Origin: Bacillota bacterium
GTDB lineage: Bacteria > Bacillota > UBA5301
Length of the DNA stretch: 64,000 nt
Direction: 5' to 3'
Assembly (NCBI GenBank): GCA_017656135.1
Contig: JACDOJ010000007.1
Coordinates: 975 to 64,974 of the forward strand
The notes beneath the pieces were generated by a model. The model was not told the origin of the DNA and searched no databases. It saw nothing but the letters and a program-made list of their open reading frames with translations. The position numbers and the translations under genes are program-made. Shown here piece after piece: positions 21,528 to 30,238 of this stretch; position 1 is the first letter of the stretch, and each line of letters begins with the position of its first letter.

Positions 21528-22349
21528 TTAGAACATCTGTTGGAAGACATGGTAGCTGTCTTGGATGAAGTTAACCCCCCAGAAACTGATGAGGACCGTG
21601 ATAAAGGCCAACACCGCCAGCCAAGCAGCCTTCTTTCCCTGCCACCCCGCCGTCGTCCGGAGGTGGAGATAGAGACCGTAAACAAGCCAACTCAGAAGAG
21701 ACCAGGTTTCCACAGGGTCCCACGACCAGTAACTGCCGTAAAGATCGTTGGCCCAGATGGCTCCGGAGGCAATCATGACAGTGGTCATGGCGAAACCGAA
21801 GGCAACCAGGCGGTAAGCCAAGTCGTCCAATGCCCTTAGGTCCCCCAGCCCAGCCAACCGCTGAGGATTTCTTTCTTTCACAAGGTAAAAAAGGCCTAAG
21901 ACGGCAGCAACCAAGAAGGCTGAATACCCGAACCAAGCGAAAAAGACATGGACCCATAACCAGGGGCTATTATATGCCGGGGTCAGGGGGTCAAGGTCAG
22001 GGGGGCCGGTCTGTGACGCCCAACCCAAAGTCAAAAGCACCACAGGCAGAAGCCCGATGTTGGCCCTCCACAGGCTTGTCCACCGGCGGGATAGGAACAG
22101 CACCAGCACCATCGTGAACCAGGTTCCGGCCAGGGCGTTCTCAAAATCGCCTTTGACCGGAAGGTGACCGGTAGATATGATTCGCACAGCCAGCTCAAGG
22201 GTGTGCAGCAGCACGGCTCCGTAAATAAGCCTCTTAGCAACAGGAAGCCACTTATCTTTTCTAAGAAAGATAACGAAAAACAAGGCCCCGGCGGAAACCG
22301 CATACCCCGCCAGAATAAGATAATAGAGAATTTTTTCCAGCAAGATCAT
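21528..22349 (-). CDS. ccsA: Cytochrome c biogenesis protein CcsA/ResC (system II haem lyase subunit)
   Basis: W-rich WVHVFFAWFGY (WWD-like) motif and conserved His residues in TM helices. Confidence 0.8.
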   Translation of the reverse strand: MILLEKILYYLILAGYAVSAGALFFVIFLRKDKWLPVAKRLIYGAVLLHTLELAVRIISTGHLPVKGDFENALAGTWFTMVLVLFLSRRWTSLWRANIGLLPVVLLTLGWASQTGPPDLDPLTPAYNSPWLWVHVFFAWFGYSAFLVAAVLGLFYLVKERNPQRLAGLGDLRALDDLAYRLVAFGFAMTTVMIASGAIWANDLYGSYWSWDPVETWSLLSWLVYGLYLHLRTTAGWQGKKAAWLAVLAFITVLISFWGVNFIQDSYHVFQQMF

Positions 22350-23314
22350 ACTGCATCTCTTTCCCGAAAGACCAGACTATACCTGAGCAGTATCCCTAAG
22401 ACCAGTACAGCAAATCCGATAAATATCAAATACCGTCCTTTGACGCTGTTTACCGCGAAACCCAGCCAGTACCTGTACTCCGGGATTTCTACAGTGTAAC
22501 CCAGGAAGTCGGTTGGTTCTCCACCAACTGCAATAAGGGTCTCCCCCGCGGCATCACTTCCCAGGCTGAAGGCGGTGACCTTTCCATCGGCCAGCTCCGC
22601 TGTGACCCTGACGAGTTCTCCTGAGAGCGGCCATTTGAAGAGGTCTGTCTTCCCTGCTACCAGGTCCAGGTTGACGAAACCAGTCCACAAGGTCTCAGTG
22701 GGGGAAGATTTGATTACGATCAGCGGTGAAAAACCGAACTTGTATATGGCAGCTTTTCTACTCTGGTAATAAAAAGGCCTGTTAACAGAAGTAGAAACCT
22801 GTTTGGCAGAAGAAGGCATACCCTTAAAAACTGTTACCTCAGCTCCCAGCTCTTCAATAAGGGTAGGACTATAAAAATCGACATGAACCTTATCCAACCT
22901 GATTGCGGCGTCACCGAAATCTGTAGGCTCTAAAGGTCCGCTCGACAAAATATAGTAGTTCTCCCGCACATCCTCGACAGTCTGCCCTTCAGTCAAAATT
23001 AAAATAGCCCTGAACTTATAAAAGGAGGAGTAGAACCCTGCAATGATCAAGAGCAGAATCCCGAAGTGAAATAAAACTGAGCCGGCCAGCCTGATCCTCT
23101 TTTTCGCATCCATGGTCTTGGCCAGAAGGCGAACCCGCATAAACAGGCAATAAACAAGTAGCACGGCTAACAAGATTATTACCAGGCTCAACAGCCACCA
23201 GAACCAGGATGGAGCGTAACCTGAATAAACAGAGGCCCTTACCACCAGCACAATAGCACCGGCAACTAACAGAGCCACTGAAATTTGGTTTACCAATCTA
23301 ATATCTGGCAGCAC
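22346..23314 (-). CDS. ResB/CcsB-like cytochrome c biogenesis protein, half-size paralog 1
   Basis: ResB-like N-terminal TM pair plus extracytoplasmic domain and C-terminal TM. Architecture parallels the paralog at 20507-21508. Confidence 0.65.
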   Translation of the reverse strand: MLPDIRLVNQISVALLVAGAIVLVVRASVYSGYAPSWFWWLLSLVIILLAVLLVYCLFMRVRLLAKTMDAKKRIRLAGSVLFHFGILLLIIAGFYSSFYKFRAILILTEGQTVEDVRENYYILSSGPLEPTDFGDAAIRLDKVHVDFYSPTLIEELGAEVTVFKGMPSSAKQVSTSVNRPFYYQSRKAAIYKFGFSPLIVIKSSPTETLWTGFVNLDLVAGKTDLFKWPLSGELVRVTAELADGKVTAFSLGSDAAGETLIAVGGEPTDFLGYTVEIPEYRYWLGFAVNSVKGRYLIFIGFAVLVLGILLRYSLVFRERDAV

Positions 23315-23360
23315 AATGCAGATATTCTATTTGCAGTGCTAATTTCCTCTGCTGGGACCA

Positions 23361-25241
23361 CTAATAAATCGGACGCGTATATGATGTTGTCGAGTGCTTA
23401 CTACACCCATATCCGGAACTCTCATCATAATAGTCACCACATGAAATAGTCGCTCCCGGTGTTATGAGATCTTGCTCTGAACTGAATATCTCGATCCCGA
23501 AACCATTGAGAAAATGGGTTCCCCTGGTGGTCTCCGGACGGTCAGCTCGGCCGGAATTGGCGCCGTGAAGCCCGCCGGCTGTATACCCGTCTGTCAACTG
23601 GCGGGAAAAGTCCCCGTGGCAGACAAAACAGCCAACCTCCGGAACTCCTGGCGGGTAGTCCGGCTGTTGGTTCCAATGCCCTCCCTTAGTGTGATAAGGA
23701 AAAGCGCTCCTGCTCCCTTCGGTGCCATTTTTCCCGTATACCTCTTCATCATGGCAAAGGTAACAGACTACAGAATTGCCATTATTGTCCACTATCCCCG
23801 ACTCCCGCAACAGCCAGTGGTTTTCAGAACCATGGGGCCCAGTGATCCGGTCCGCAGAAGTATCATCATTACCATGGCAATCACAACAGGCGATGGTAGT
23901 GTTCAGGTCCCAGCCCAACTCCTCCCGGAAACCACTGACCGTATAAGGGTTCCTGTTCTTCCCAGGCAGAATACAACCGTGAGTTGCCAGGTTATTGGGG
24001 TTAAAGTAAACGTCTATCTCCTCTTTATGGTCATTGGAAAGTTGCATGCTTGAGACTGTACCATGACACTTGAGACACAATTCATATTCATAAGTGATTT
24101 CATGTACCGGTCCATAATTCGGCGGAGTCCAAGGTGTGTCTGAATAGGTATAGGGAGCATTTGGCCCGACCTGGGGCGCATAAATCCCCTTCAACATCCC
24201 GCCGGCGGTATCATCACCCAATACCCTGCTGCCAGACTCTCCATAATGGGGGTCATGGCAGTCGGTGCATTCGATATGGGTTTCCTCTGGAGGATTCGGT
24301 TCGGTAGGATAATGCACCCCGTCATAACTGGGGTCTTGAACCGGATGGCTGTAAGTCTTATAAAACTCATCCCTTATATCTGGAGCCGCAGTTCCGTTGT
24401 GGCAACGAAAACAAACTTCCTCCAAAAGGGTCCGGTTGGGATCACCGTCATCCTGGAGGAGTTCCTGTTCGCTGGCCCTGTGCATATCATGACAGCCCAA
24501 ACAGGCCCACTGGGCAACGGTCTTAGTAACATTAGTGTCGGGGTCGGTCCAGCTTACTCCAGTAGCCGCACCGTGAGCACTCTGGTCCCAACCATTCTGG
24601 TGATGGCACTCTTTACAGAGAGTACCGTAATCAGCAGTCAAAACCAGGAAGTTGTCGTTATTACAATGAGGATCATGACATGAGCTGCACTGTACTAAAC
24701 CGTTCTCCAATCGGACCGGGCTGGTAGTGTTAGGGTCAACCTGCTCAGGAGCCCACAACTCAGCAGTCTGAACCACAGGTATAGAAATGGGGTGATCATC
24801 CGCTAAGTCTGTCGTCAGGTTAGTCGGGTTAGTGATAGTACCATCGGGATTTGTACCAACCAGATTATACACTGACCCATTCACCGCACCTACAGCCACT
24901 GTGCCATCATGGCAGCTTAAGCACAATTTAGATGAGCCGGTTGGTACAGGGTAATCCGCCGGATTATAGTTGATGCTGCGGGAATTATACATTGTATACG
25001 GTCCAGTCGCGAGGTCGTGGTTCCATAGTGGTGTTGCCGGATTGGCGTTATGGGGAGTGTGGCAGAAAACACAGACTTCGTCAGTGGTGTCTGAGTAAAT
25101 CGTGTTCTCAGGGGCATAGATCGGTGCACTGCTGGACAAATTGTGCTTTGTAGCTAGTATGTTCGAAGCCTTAACCTGAACGCCAAACAATAAGGTTATA
25201 AGGCTAATACACCCGATATACCTAATACTCCGCCTAATCAT
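23361..25241 (-). CDS. Secreted multihaem c-type cytochrome (about 11 CxxCH motifs)
   Basis: Signal peptide MIRRSIRYIGCISLITLLFGVQVKA. CxxCH motifs: CVFCH, CLSCH, CSSCH, CKECH, CLGCH, CFRCH, CTDCH, CLKCH, CCDCH, CYLCH, CFVCH. AGGTGAGG RBS before the ATG at 25241. Confidence 0.85.
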   Translation of the reverse strand: MIRRSIRYIGCISLITLLFGVQVKASNILATKHNLSSSAPIYAPENTIYSDTTDEVCVFCHTPHNANPATPLWNHDLATGPYTMYNSRSINYNPADYPVPTGSSKLCLSCHDGTVAVGAVNGSVYNLVGTNPDGTITNPTNLTTDLADDHPISIPVVQTAELWAPEQVDPNTTSPVRLENGLVQCSSCHDPHCNNDNFLVLTADYGTLCKECHHQNGWDQSAHGAATGVSWTDPDTNVTKTVAQWACLGCHDMHRASEQELLQDDGDPNRTLLEEVCFRCHNGTAAPDIRDEFYKTYSHPVQDPSYDGVHYPTEPNPPEETHIECTDCHDPHYGESGSRVLGDDTAGGMLKGIYAPQVGPNAPYTYSDTPWTPPNYGPVHEITYEYELCLKCHGTVSSMQLSNDHKEEIDVYFNPNNLATHGCILPGKNRNPYTVSGFREELGWDLNTTIACCDCHGNDDTSADRITGPHGSENHWLLRESGIVDNNGNSVVCYLCHDEEVYGKNGTEGSRSAFPYHTKGGHWNQQPDYPPGVPEVGCFVCHGDFSRQLTDGYTAGGLHGANSGRADRPETTRGTHFLNGFGIEIFSSEQDLITPGATISCGDYYDESSGYGCSKHSTTSYTRPIY

Positions 25242-25370
25242 AATGACCTCACCTTTTTGCTTACAACTTTGCCCCATTCGTTGTTTCGCTACATCTCTTA
25301 CCATATCCTGCCACGAAAAAGGCCCTTCTACAGATTGCGAAGGGCCAAGCGAAGCTTTCTCAGGAGTAGC

Positions 25371-25997
25371 CTAAGGTCGCGCGATAAACTCGCGAACGGG
25401 CACTTTTTGTACGGCTTTGAAGACAACCTTGCCCGTTCCCTGATGGTTAGGGTTGGTGCTAAGCCAAGAAGATCGCCCCCGGCTGCGGGCCCCTTGTACA
25501 TATACAGGCGTCGGCTGCTGCTGCCTGGCCCGGACCGGAGTCCCGCTGATCTGGACAGGAACTTCTCCACCAGGAGCGCCACCGTTTACCGGCACGGGGA
25601 TGCCGCCGTTCACAGGCACCGGGATCGCGCCGTCAAACACAGTTACGGCAACGTCAATGAGGACTTTTTGCCTCAGTTGGTCAGAATTCAAGAGGTTGAA
25701 CTCAATGAAGGCGATCTCAAAAGTCACTTCGCAAGTATTGTTTGGTGCTGCACCGGGTACGTCGACAAAACCACTGAAGGGTATATCCTCGGCCTGGTGG
25801 ACAACGATGTTGTCAGGTTCCCGGACGAAAAAGATCTGCTTGTGCAGGACGCCTTGGAATATTACTTTATTAGAAATAACAGTGCAGGTCGCGTCCCTGA
25901 TCACCGCACGGATCTCGTCGATTTTAACAGCCGGTTGCTCCAATTCAACAATGCTGTCTACCAGGATCTGGTCGGTTGCTGTTCCTACTACGGGCAT
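25371..25997 (-). CDS. DUF3794/SPOCS-domain protein (spore-associated family) with PVPVNGG tandem repeat
   Basis: Sequence pattern typical of DUF3794 proteins. GGAGGG RBS before the ATG at 25997. Confidence 0.55.
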   Translation of the reverse strand: MPVVGTATDQILVDSIVELEQPAVKIDEIRAVIRDATCTVISNKVIFQGVLHKQIFFVREPDNIVVHQAEDIPFSGFVDVPGAAPNNTCEVTFEIAFIEFNLLNSDQLRQKVLIDVAVTVFDGAIPVPVNGGIPVPVNGGAPGGEVPVQISGTPVRARQQQPTPVYVQGARSRGRSSWLSTNPNHQGTGKVVFKAVQKVPVREFIARP

Positions 25998-26068
25998 CTC
26001 TATCCCTCCTTCCCTACTATCATATGAGGGATGAGGGCACAGAGGACAAGGCCATCGGCACAAAATTA

Positions 26069-26479
26069 TCAGTTCAGGTGCTGAGCCTCTGGGTGCTGGT
26101 GGAAGTTCTCACAGATGATAAGGACGCTTTCCAAGTAACGCATGGCAGACCGGTCCGCAACCTTTTGATACTTCGCCAAATCGACGGTTCGGCCCTTGGA
26201 ACGCAAGACGATCCGGTTCTCCTCCAACCGTAACTTACCCTGCAAAGATCTGAAATCATCTTCCGGAATCCTAATCAACAGGCCAAAACAGACAGCCAGG
26301 ACCAGAAAGAGGTCTACTCCTGATTGATTGAGTTTCTTCAAGATCGGTTGAAACTCTCTCTCGGTCAAAAGGTCCAATGCCGTGTAGGTTTCCACCACGT
26401 CATATAAGTTAACATACCCTTTGGTCATGTCCATATTGAGTTGGATAAATTTCAGCGCAAGTTCCATCAAGTCGCTCAT
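26069..26479 (-). CDS. Hypothetical protein
   Basis: 136-aa ORF with AAGGAG RBS; no recognisable motif. Confidence 0.4.
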   Translation of the reverse strand: MSDLMELALKFIQLNMDMTKGYVNLYDVVETYTALDLLTEREFQPILKKLNQSGVDLFLVLAVCFGLLIRIPEDDFRSLQGKLRLEENRIVLRSKGRTVDLAKYQKVADRSAMRYLESVLIICENFHQHPEAQHLN

Positions 26480-26668
26480 ATTAATCTCCTTGACCCTTTA
26501 TTCGTTGACGGAACCTACTTACCTTTAGGACAGACGAACAAAAATTACCAACTTATTAGCGAATTGGCGCCGTTAGTTTGTGCAAACTATTAATGGAAAG
26601 GAGATGATACAATCCAAGGGGAAAGCAACGTTTAGGGGGCCAATAATCAAAGGCCCCCCAAAAAAAAT

Positions 26669-27520
26669 TTAGAATGCCCAGCTTAACGAGATCAGATGGG
26701 AATCGTAGATGTAGCAATAGTCAAAAGAGTAGTCTCCATCACCGGAGTTAAGCCCGAAACCGGCAGTCCAAGTATCGTGATAGAAACCCGCTCTGAGTGC
26801 TCCCTTCCCGAAACGCTCCTCGACTCCGAAAGAAAATCTGGTATCTCCAGTTAAATCGTAAGTCTCGAAGGCGAGAGTGGTATCGTCAGTCAAGTCGTAG
26901 GCGACGCCCGGCCGGACGTTGGTGGCCATGGCAATCGTCCCTACAGCGAAGTTGAGGTCGGAACCGAAGATATCCTGCGTCAACAGGCCGATGCGCAACC
27001 TATCGGTAGCCCGGTAGTGAACGGAGATATCCATCCCGGCTGCCTGGGCCAGATAGCTTTGGTAGGTTTGGTCGGTAAGAAGGGTTAAAGTGGCCTCGTA
27101 AAACTTCAGGTTAGTCCCGAAGGAAAGCCTATCATCCACCGGCACCGCAAAGGAAAGCTGGTACCAGGTGTTATCAAAAAGCGCCGGGATCCCCTCAGCT
27201 CCGTCATTCAGCTTAAGGCCATTCAGACTGTTGATGCCGCTGGCCCCAAAGACCAGATCACCTTGGCGTTCTACATCGGCGAAAAACCACCGGTAGTTTA
27301 TGTTCCCTTCCAGAGTCAGCATGTAGGTGCTCTCATTCTTGTCACCGATCTGCGCTAGGCCGGCGGGATTCCAGTAGACCGCATTGGCATCATCAGCAAC
27401 AGCCACAAACGCCCCGCCCATAGCCAAAGGCCTCGCTCCCACACAGGCCAGCACCGTTCCGGCCACCAAGGTCACCAGAACAAGTAAGGCAAAAATTAGG
27501 ATGTACAATCGCCTCAGCAT
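26669..27520 (-). CDS. Secreted beta-barrel-like protein (FadL/PorV-like N-terminal motif)
   Basis: Signal peptide. Motif GGAFVAVADDANAVYWNPAGLA. Alternating beta-strand pattern with C-terminal WAF. GAGGGAGG RBS. Confidence 0.55.
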   Translation of the reverse strand: MLRRLYILIFALLVLVTLVAGTVLACVGARPLAMGGAFVAVADDANAVYWNPAGLAQIGDKNESTYMLTLEGNINYRWFFADVERQGDLVFGASGINSLNGLKLNDGAEGIPALFDNTWYQLSFAVPVDDRLSFGTNLKFYEATLTLLTDQTYQSYLAQAAGMDISVHYRATDRLRIGLLTQDIFGSDLNFAVGTIAMATNVRPGVAYDLTDDTTLAFETYDLTGDTRFSFGVEERFGKGALRAGFYHDTWTAGFGLNSGDGDYSFDYCYIYDSHLISLSWAF

Positions 27521-27702
27521 TGGTTTCCTCCCTCTCTACTTGCTTCGGCACTTATGGCAAGCCTCCTGCCATCTGCCACCTGTTCCACCACTTACCATCC
27601 ATTGAGCAAACCCCCAGCTAGACCAGGGTTTACATCAAGGGTTATCGCCAGCTTTAGCGAACTTCTTTAGAGTAATCTTTTGTAGAGAGGATGTAGTAGG
27701 CG

Positions 27703-28176
27703 ATGCACCTATCCAGAGAACAGTGGCTGATCAAATTCACCGATCCCTTGGAGTGGCCGCAGAACCAGTATTTTCAGCTGTTGATGGACAAGGCCTGGCA
27801 GCTAAATGTAGAGCTGAGAAGCAGCAAGATTCACGAACTGTGGTATTACCGGCCGGAGTCCAGAACCATCTTCGTTTGGGAACCGGACCTTACCAATGAG
27901 CCCTTGACCTACCTGGTGACCATCTTTGCCCATGAGCTTGGCCACGTAAAAGACTTCGACCGCAACCCAGAATTCATCACTCGGACCAGGGATCTGCACT
28001 ACTCTGATGTGCCTTGGGACATCGAGTTCTCGGCCTTTTTGACCGGATACCAGATCATTCAAGAGGCGGGGATTCCCTTGAAACCCGAAGCCTATGCCTT
28101 CTTCATCTCCCCTCCCATGCAGCAGCAGGTGCTAGAGGCAATTCTGGGCAAAGAGGAAAAAGCGGAAAGCGCTTAA
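27703..28176 (+). CDS. HExxH zinc metallopeptidase-like protein (ImmA/IrrE-like fold)
   Basis: AHELGHVKDFD motif in a 157-aa protein. Confidence 0.45.
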   Translation: MHLSREQWLIKFTDPLEWPQNQYFQLLMDKAWQLNVELRSSKIHELWYYRPESRTIFVWEPDLTNEPLTYLVTIFAHELGHVKDFDRNPEFITRTRDLHYSDVPWDIEFSAFLTGYQIIQEAGIPLKPEAYAFFISPPMQQQVLEAILGKEEKAESA

Positions 28177-28231
28177 GTGAGGGCCGGTTGTCCCCCAGTG
28201 CGTCTTTCTCTATAATTTAAGAGTGAGGCGC

Positions 28232-29413
28232 ATGGAAATGAGGATCATCGGTCATGTAGATATGGATGCCTTCTTCGCCGCCATCGAACAGCGGGACAAC
28301 CCAGCCCTGCGTGGGAAACCGGTAATCATCGGCGGTTTGAAGCACAGTCCCCGAGGTGTCGTTTCCACCTGTTCCTACGAAGCTCGCAAGTACGGCGTCC
28401 ATTCAGCCATGCCCATCTCCAAGGCTGTTGAACTCTGCCCCCACGGGATTTTCCTCCCAGGAAACATGGAGAAGTACCGGCAGGTTTCTGAAGAGTTACA
28501 GAGGATCTTTGCCAGCTTCACTTCCCTGTACGAGCCGGTTTCCATCGATGAAGCCTACCTGGACTTAACCGAAACCTATAAGAAGTATTCCTCCCTGTGG
28601 GAACTGGGCCGGGCCATTAAGGACAAAATCAGAGGCGAGCTGGGCTTGACTGCTTCCGTAGGGATAGCCACCACCAAATCAGCGGCTAAGATCGCTTCTG
28701 ATCTGGAGAAACCCGATGGTTTGACCATCGTGCTCCCCAGTGACTTTGACCGGATAATCGGCTCTCTGCCGGTGGGGAAACTGCACGGAGTCGGCAAAAA
28801 GACGGCTGAGCGCCTGGAGAAGATGGGCATCAAGACCATCATCGATATCCGTAAAGTCGGCCGCAAGGCGATGGTCAGCACCTTTGGGAAGCACGGGGAC
28901 TGGATCTACAACCTGGCTTGGGGGATAGACCCCCGCCTGGTGGAAAAGGAGCACACTAGAAAGTCGATAGGCCGGGAAACCACCTTCCCCCGGGACACTG
29001 CCGATCCTGAAGTGGTGATTAAGGCTCTAGATGAACTCTGCGCTGATGTTGCCAACCGCCTCCAAAAAAGAGGACTCTGGGGGGAAGCTATCACCCTGAA
29101 GCTGAGAACAGCCGACTTTCGGACAACGACCCACACTCTTACCCTTAAGCGCCCGGTGGCGGCCAAAGAAGACCTCAGCGAGGGAGCTTTGCTCCTACTC
29201 AAAAAACACTGGTGCCGAAATGAGTCAGGCCATGCCCCGGCCTTGCGCCTGGTGGGGGTCTCTGTCTCCGACCTTACAGACGTCAAGCAGATGAACCTCT
29301 TCGAATCCCACCCCTTGACCAAAATAGACTTACTCCTGGCCGACCTTAACAAGAAGTTCGGACCAGGAGTAGTTACCACTGGCAATATTGAGAGTTGTGA
29401 GGAGAAAGATTAG
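28232..29413 (+). CDS. dinB: DNA polymerase IV (Y-family translesion polymerase)
   Basis: N-terminal HVDMDAFFAAIEQRDNP; conserved SIDEAYLD; about 393 aa. Confidence 0.9.
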   Translation: MEMRIIGHVDMDAFFAAIEQRDNPALRGKPVIIGGLKHSPRGVVSTCSYEARKYGVHSAMPISKAVELCPHGIFLPGNMEKYRQVSEELQRIFASFTSLYEPVSIDEAYLDLTETYKKYSSLWELGRAIKDKIRGELGLTASVGIATTKSAAKIASDLEKPDGLTIVLPSDFDRIIGSLPVGKLHGVGKKTAERLEKMGIKTIIDIRKVGRKAMVSTFGKHGDWIYNLAWGIDPRLVEKEHTRKSIGRETTFPRDTADPEVVIKALDELCADVANRLQKRGLWGEAITLKLRTADFRTTTHTLTLKRPVAAKEDLSEGALLLLKKHWCRNESGHAPALRLVGVSVSDLTDVKQMNLFESHPLTKIDLLLADLNKKFGPGVVTTGNIESCEEKD

Positions 29414-29637
29414 TCGGGATTCTCGCTCTGCAGGTACGGAAGCATATCCTTGTCGATGGTAGTCACATCTTCTTCGTCTACTTCAATCATTCCCCGGTCT
29501 CGCAGCTGGATGACTACATCATATAAGGATTTTCGCTGCTCCTCCGGGAGGCTCATAACGTACTCATTGATCTCGGATTCAGGAACCTTGGCATAAACTT
29601 TGACGCCGCCGAATTTCAAGTACTTGCCTTTGTCCAT
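29410..29637 (-). CDS. Small hypothetical protein
   Basis: 75-aa ORF from an internal ATG with GGAGGT RBS; acidic C-terminus. Confidence 0.35.
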   Translation of the reverse strand: MDKGKYLKFGGVKVYAKVPESEINEYVMSLPEEQRKSLYDVVIQLRDRGMIEVDEEDVTTIDKDMLPYLQSENPD

Positions 29638-29662
29638 GGGCATACCTCCGGAATTGGGATTA

Positions 29663-30238
29663 TCAACAGGATTCCCGAAAAGATGCCAATGTATGATGCC
29701 CGGCAAGCCTCTGGCCTACAGCCACGAAGAAAATCGACTTCAGGATGTCCCCAGGCAGGAAAATGAGAAACCCGGTTTTGAGCAACGTCAGAAAAGGCAC
29801 CGGAGTCCCGGCGAAAAAGCGGAGCGAAATGTAGAGGTACGGCAGACCGATGGCGTAGATAACCAGATGGGCTAAAATCGCTACCCCCAAGAGTTTCTTC
29901 TTCTCCGCTTTTTGCTGGGGATGGAAACTGCGCCCAATCAACCAGGCCGCCGGGATGAAACCCAAGAGATAGCCGAAGCTGGGTTTAAAAAGATAAGAAA
30001 GGCCTCCCCCAGCTGTGAAAACCGGCAAGCCCATAAGTCCTAAAAGAATGTAGACGATTTGGCTCGCCGCTCCCAGCCAAGGCCCTAAGACGAGCCCAGA
30101 AAGGAGCACCACCAGAGACTGAAGGCTGATGGCCACCGGCGGAATCGGAATCCGGACAAAAGCAGCTACAGACATCAAAGCGGCCATAACTCCTACCAAA
30201 ACTAACTTGCGGGTAACCAGATTACTCTTTAGACTCAA
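29663..30238 (-). CDS. bioY: Biotin transporter BioY (ECF S-component)
   Basis: BioY-family polytopic membrane protein. Overlaps the 3' end of the BirA-domain gene. Start codon uncertain (TTG at 30238 or ATG at 30187). Confidence 0.75.
   Translation of the reverse strand: MSLKSNLVTRKLVLVGVMAALMSVAAFVRIPIPPVAISLQSLVVLLSGLVLGPWLGAASQIVYILLGLMGLPVFTAGGGLSYLFKPSFGYLLGFIPAAWLIGRSFHPQQKAEKKKLLGVAILAHLVIYAIGLPYLYISLRFFAGTPVPFLTLLKTGFLIFLPGDILKSIFFVAVGQRLAGHHTLASFRESC

Noticed and set aside
25257-26034. Plus-strand ORFs (256 and 193 aa) overlapping the DUF3794 gene
   Set aside because: The minus-strand frame has an RBS and family-like sequence. The plus-strand translations are Arg/Pro-rich with no motifs.
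28186-28235. Possible LexA/Cheo box upstream of dinB
   Set aside because: Looked for CGAACnnnnGTTCG-like SOS boxes in the dinB promoter region. Only a TATAAT -10 element is evident.
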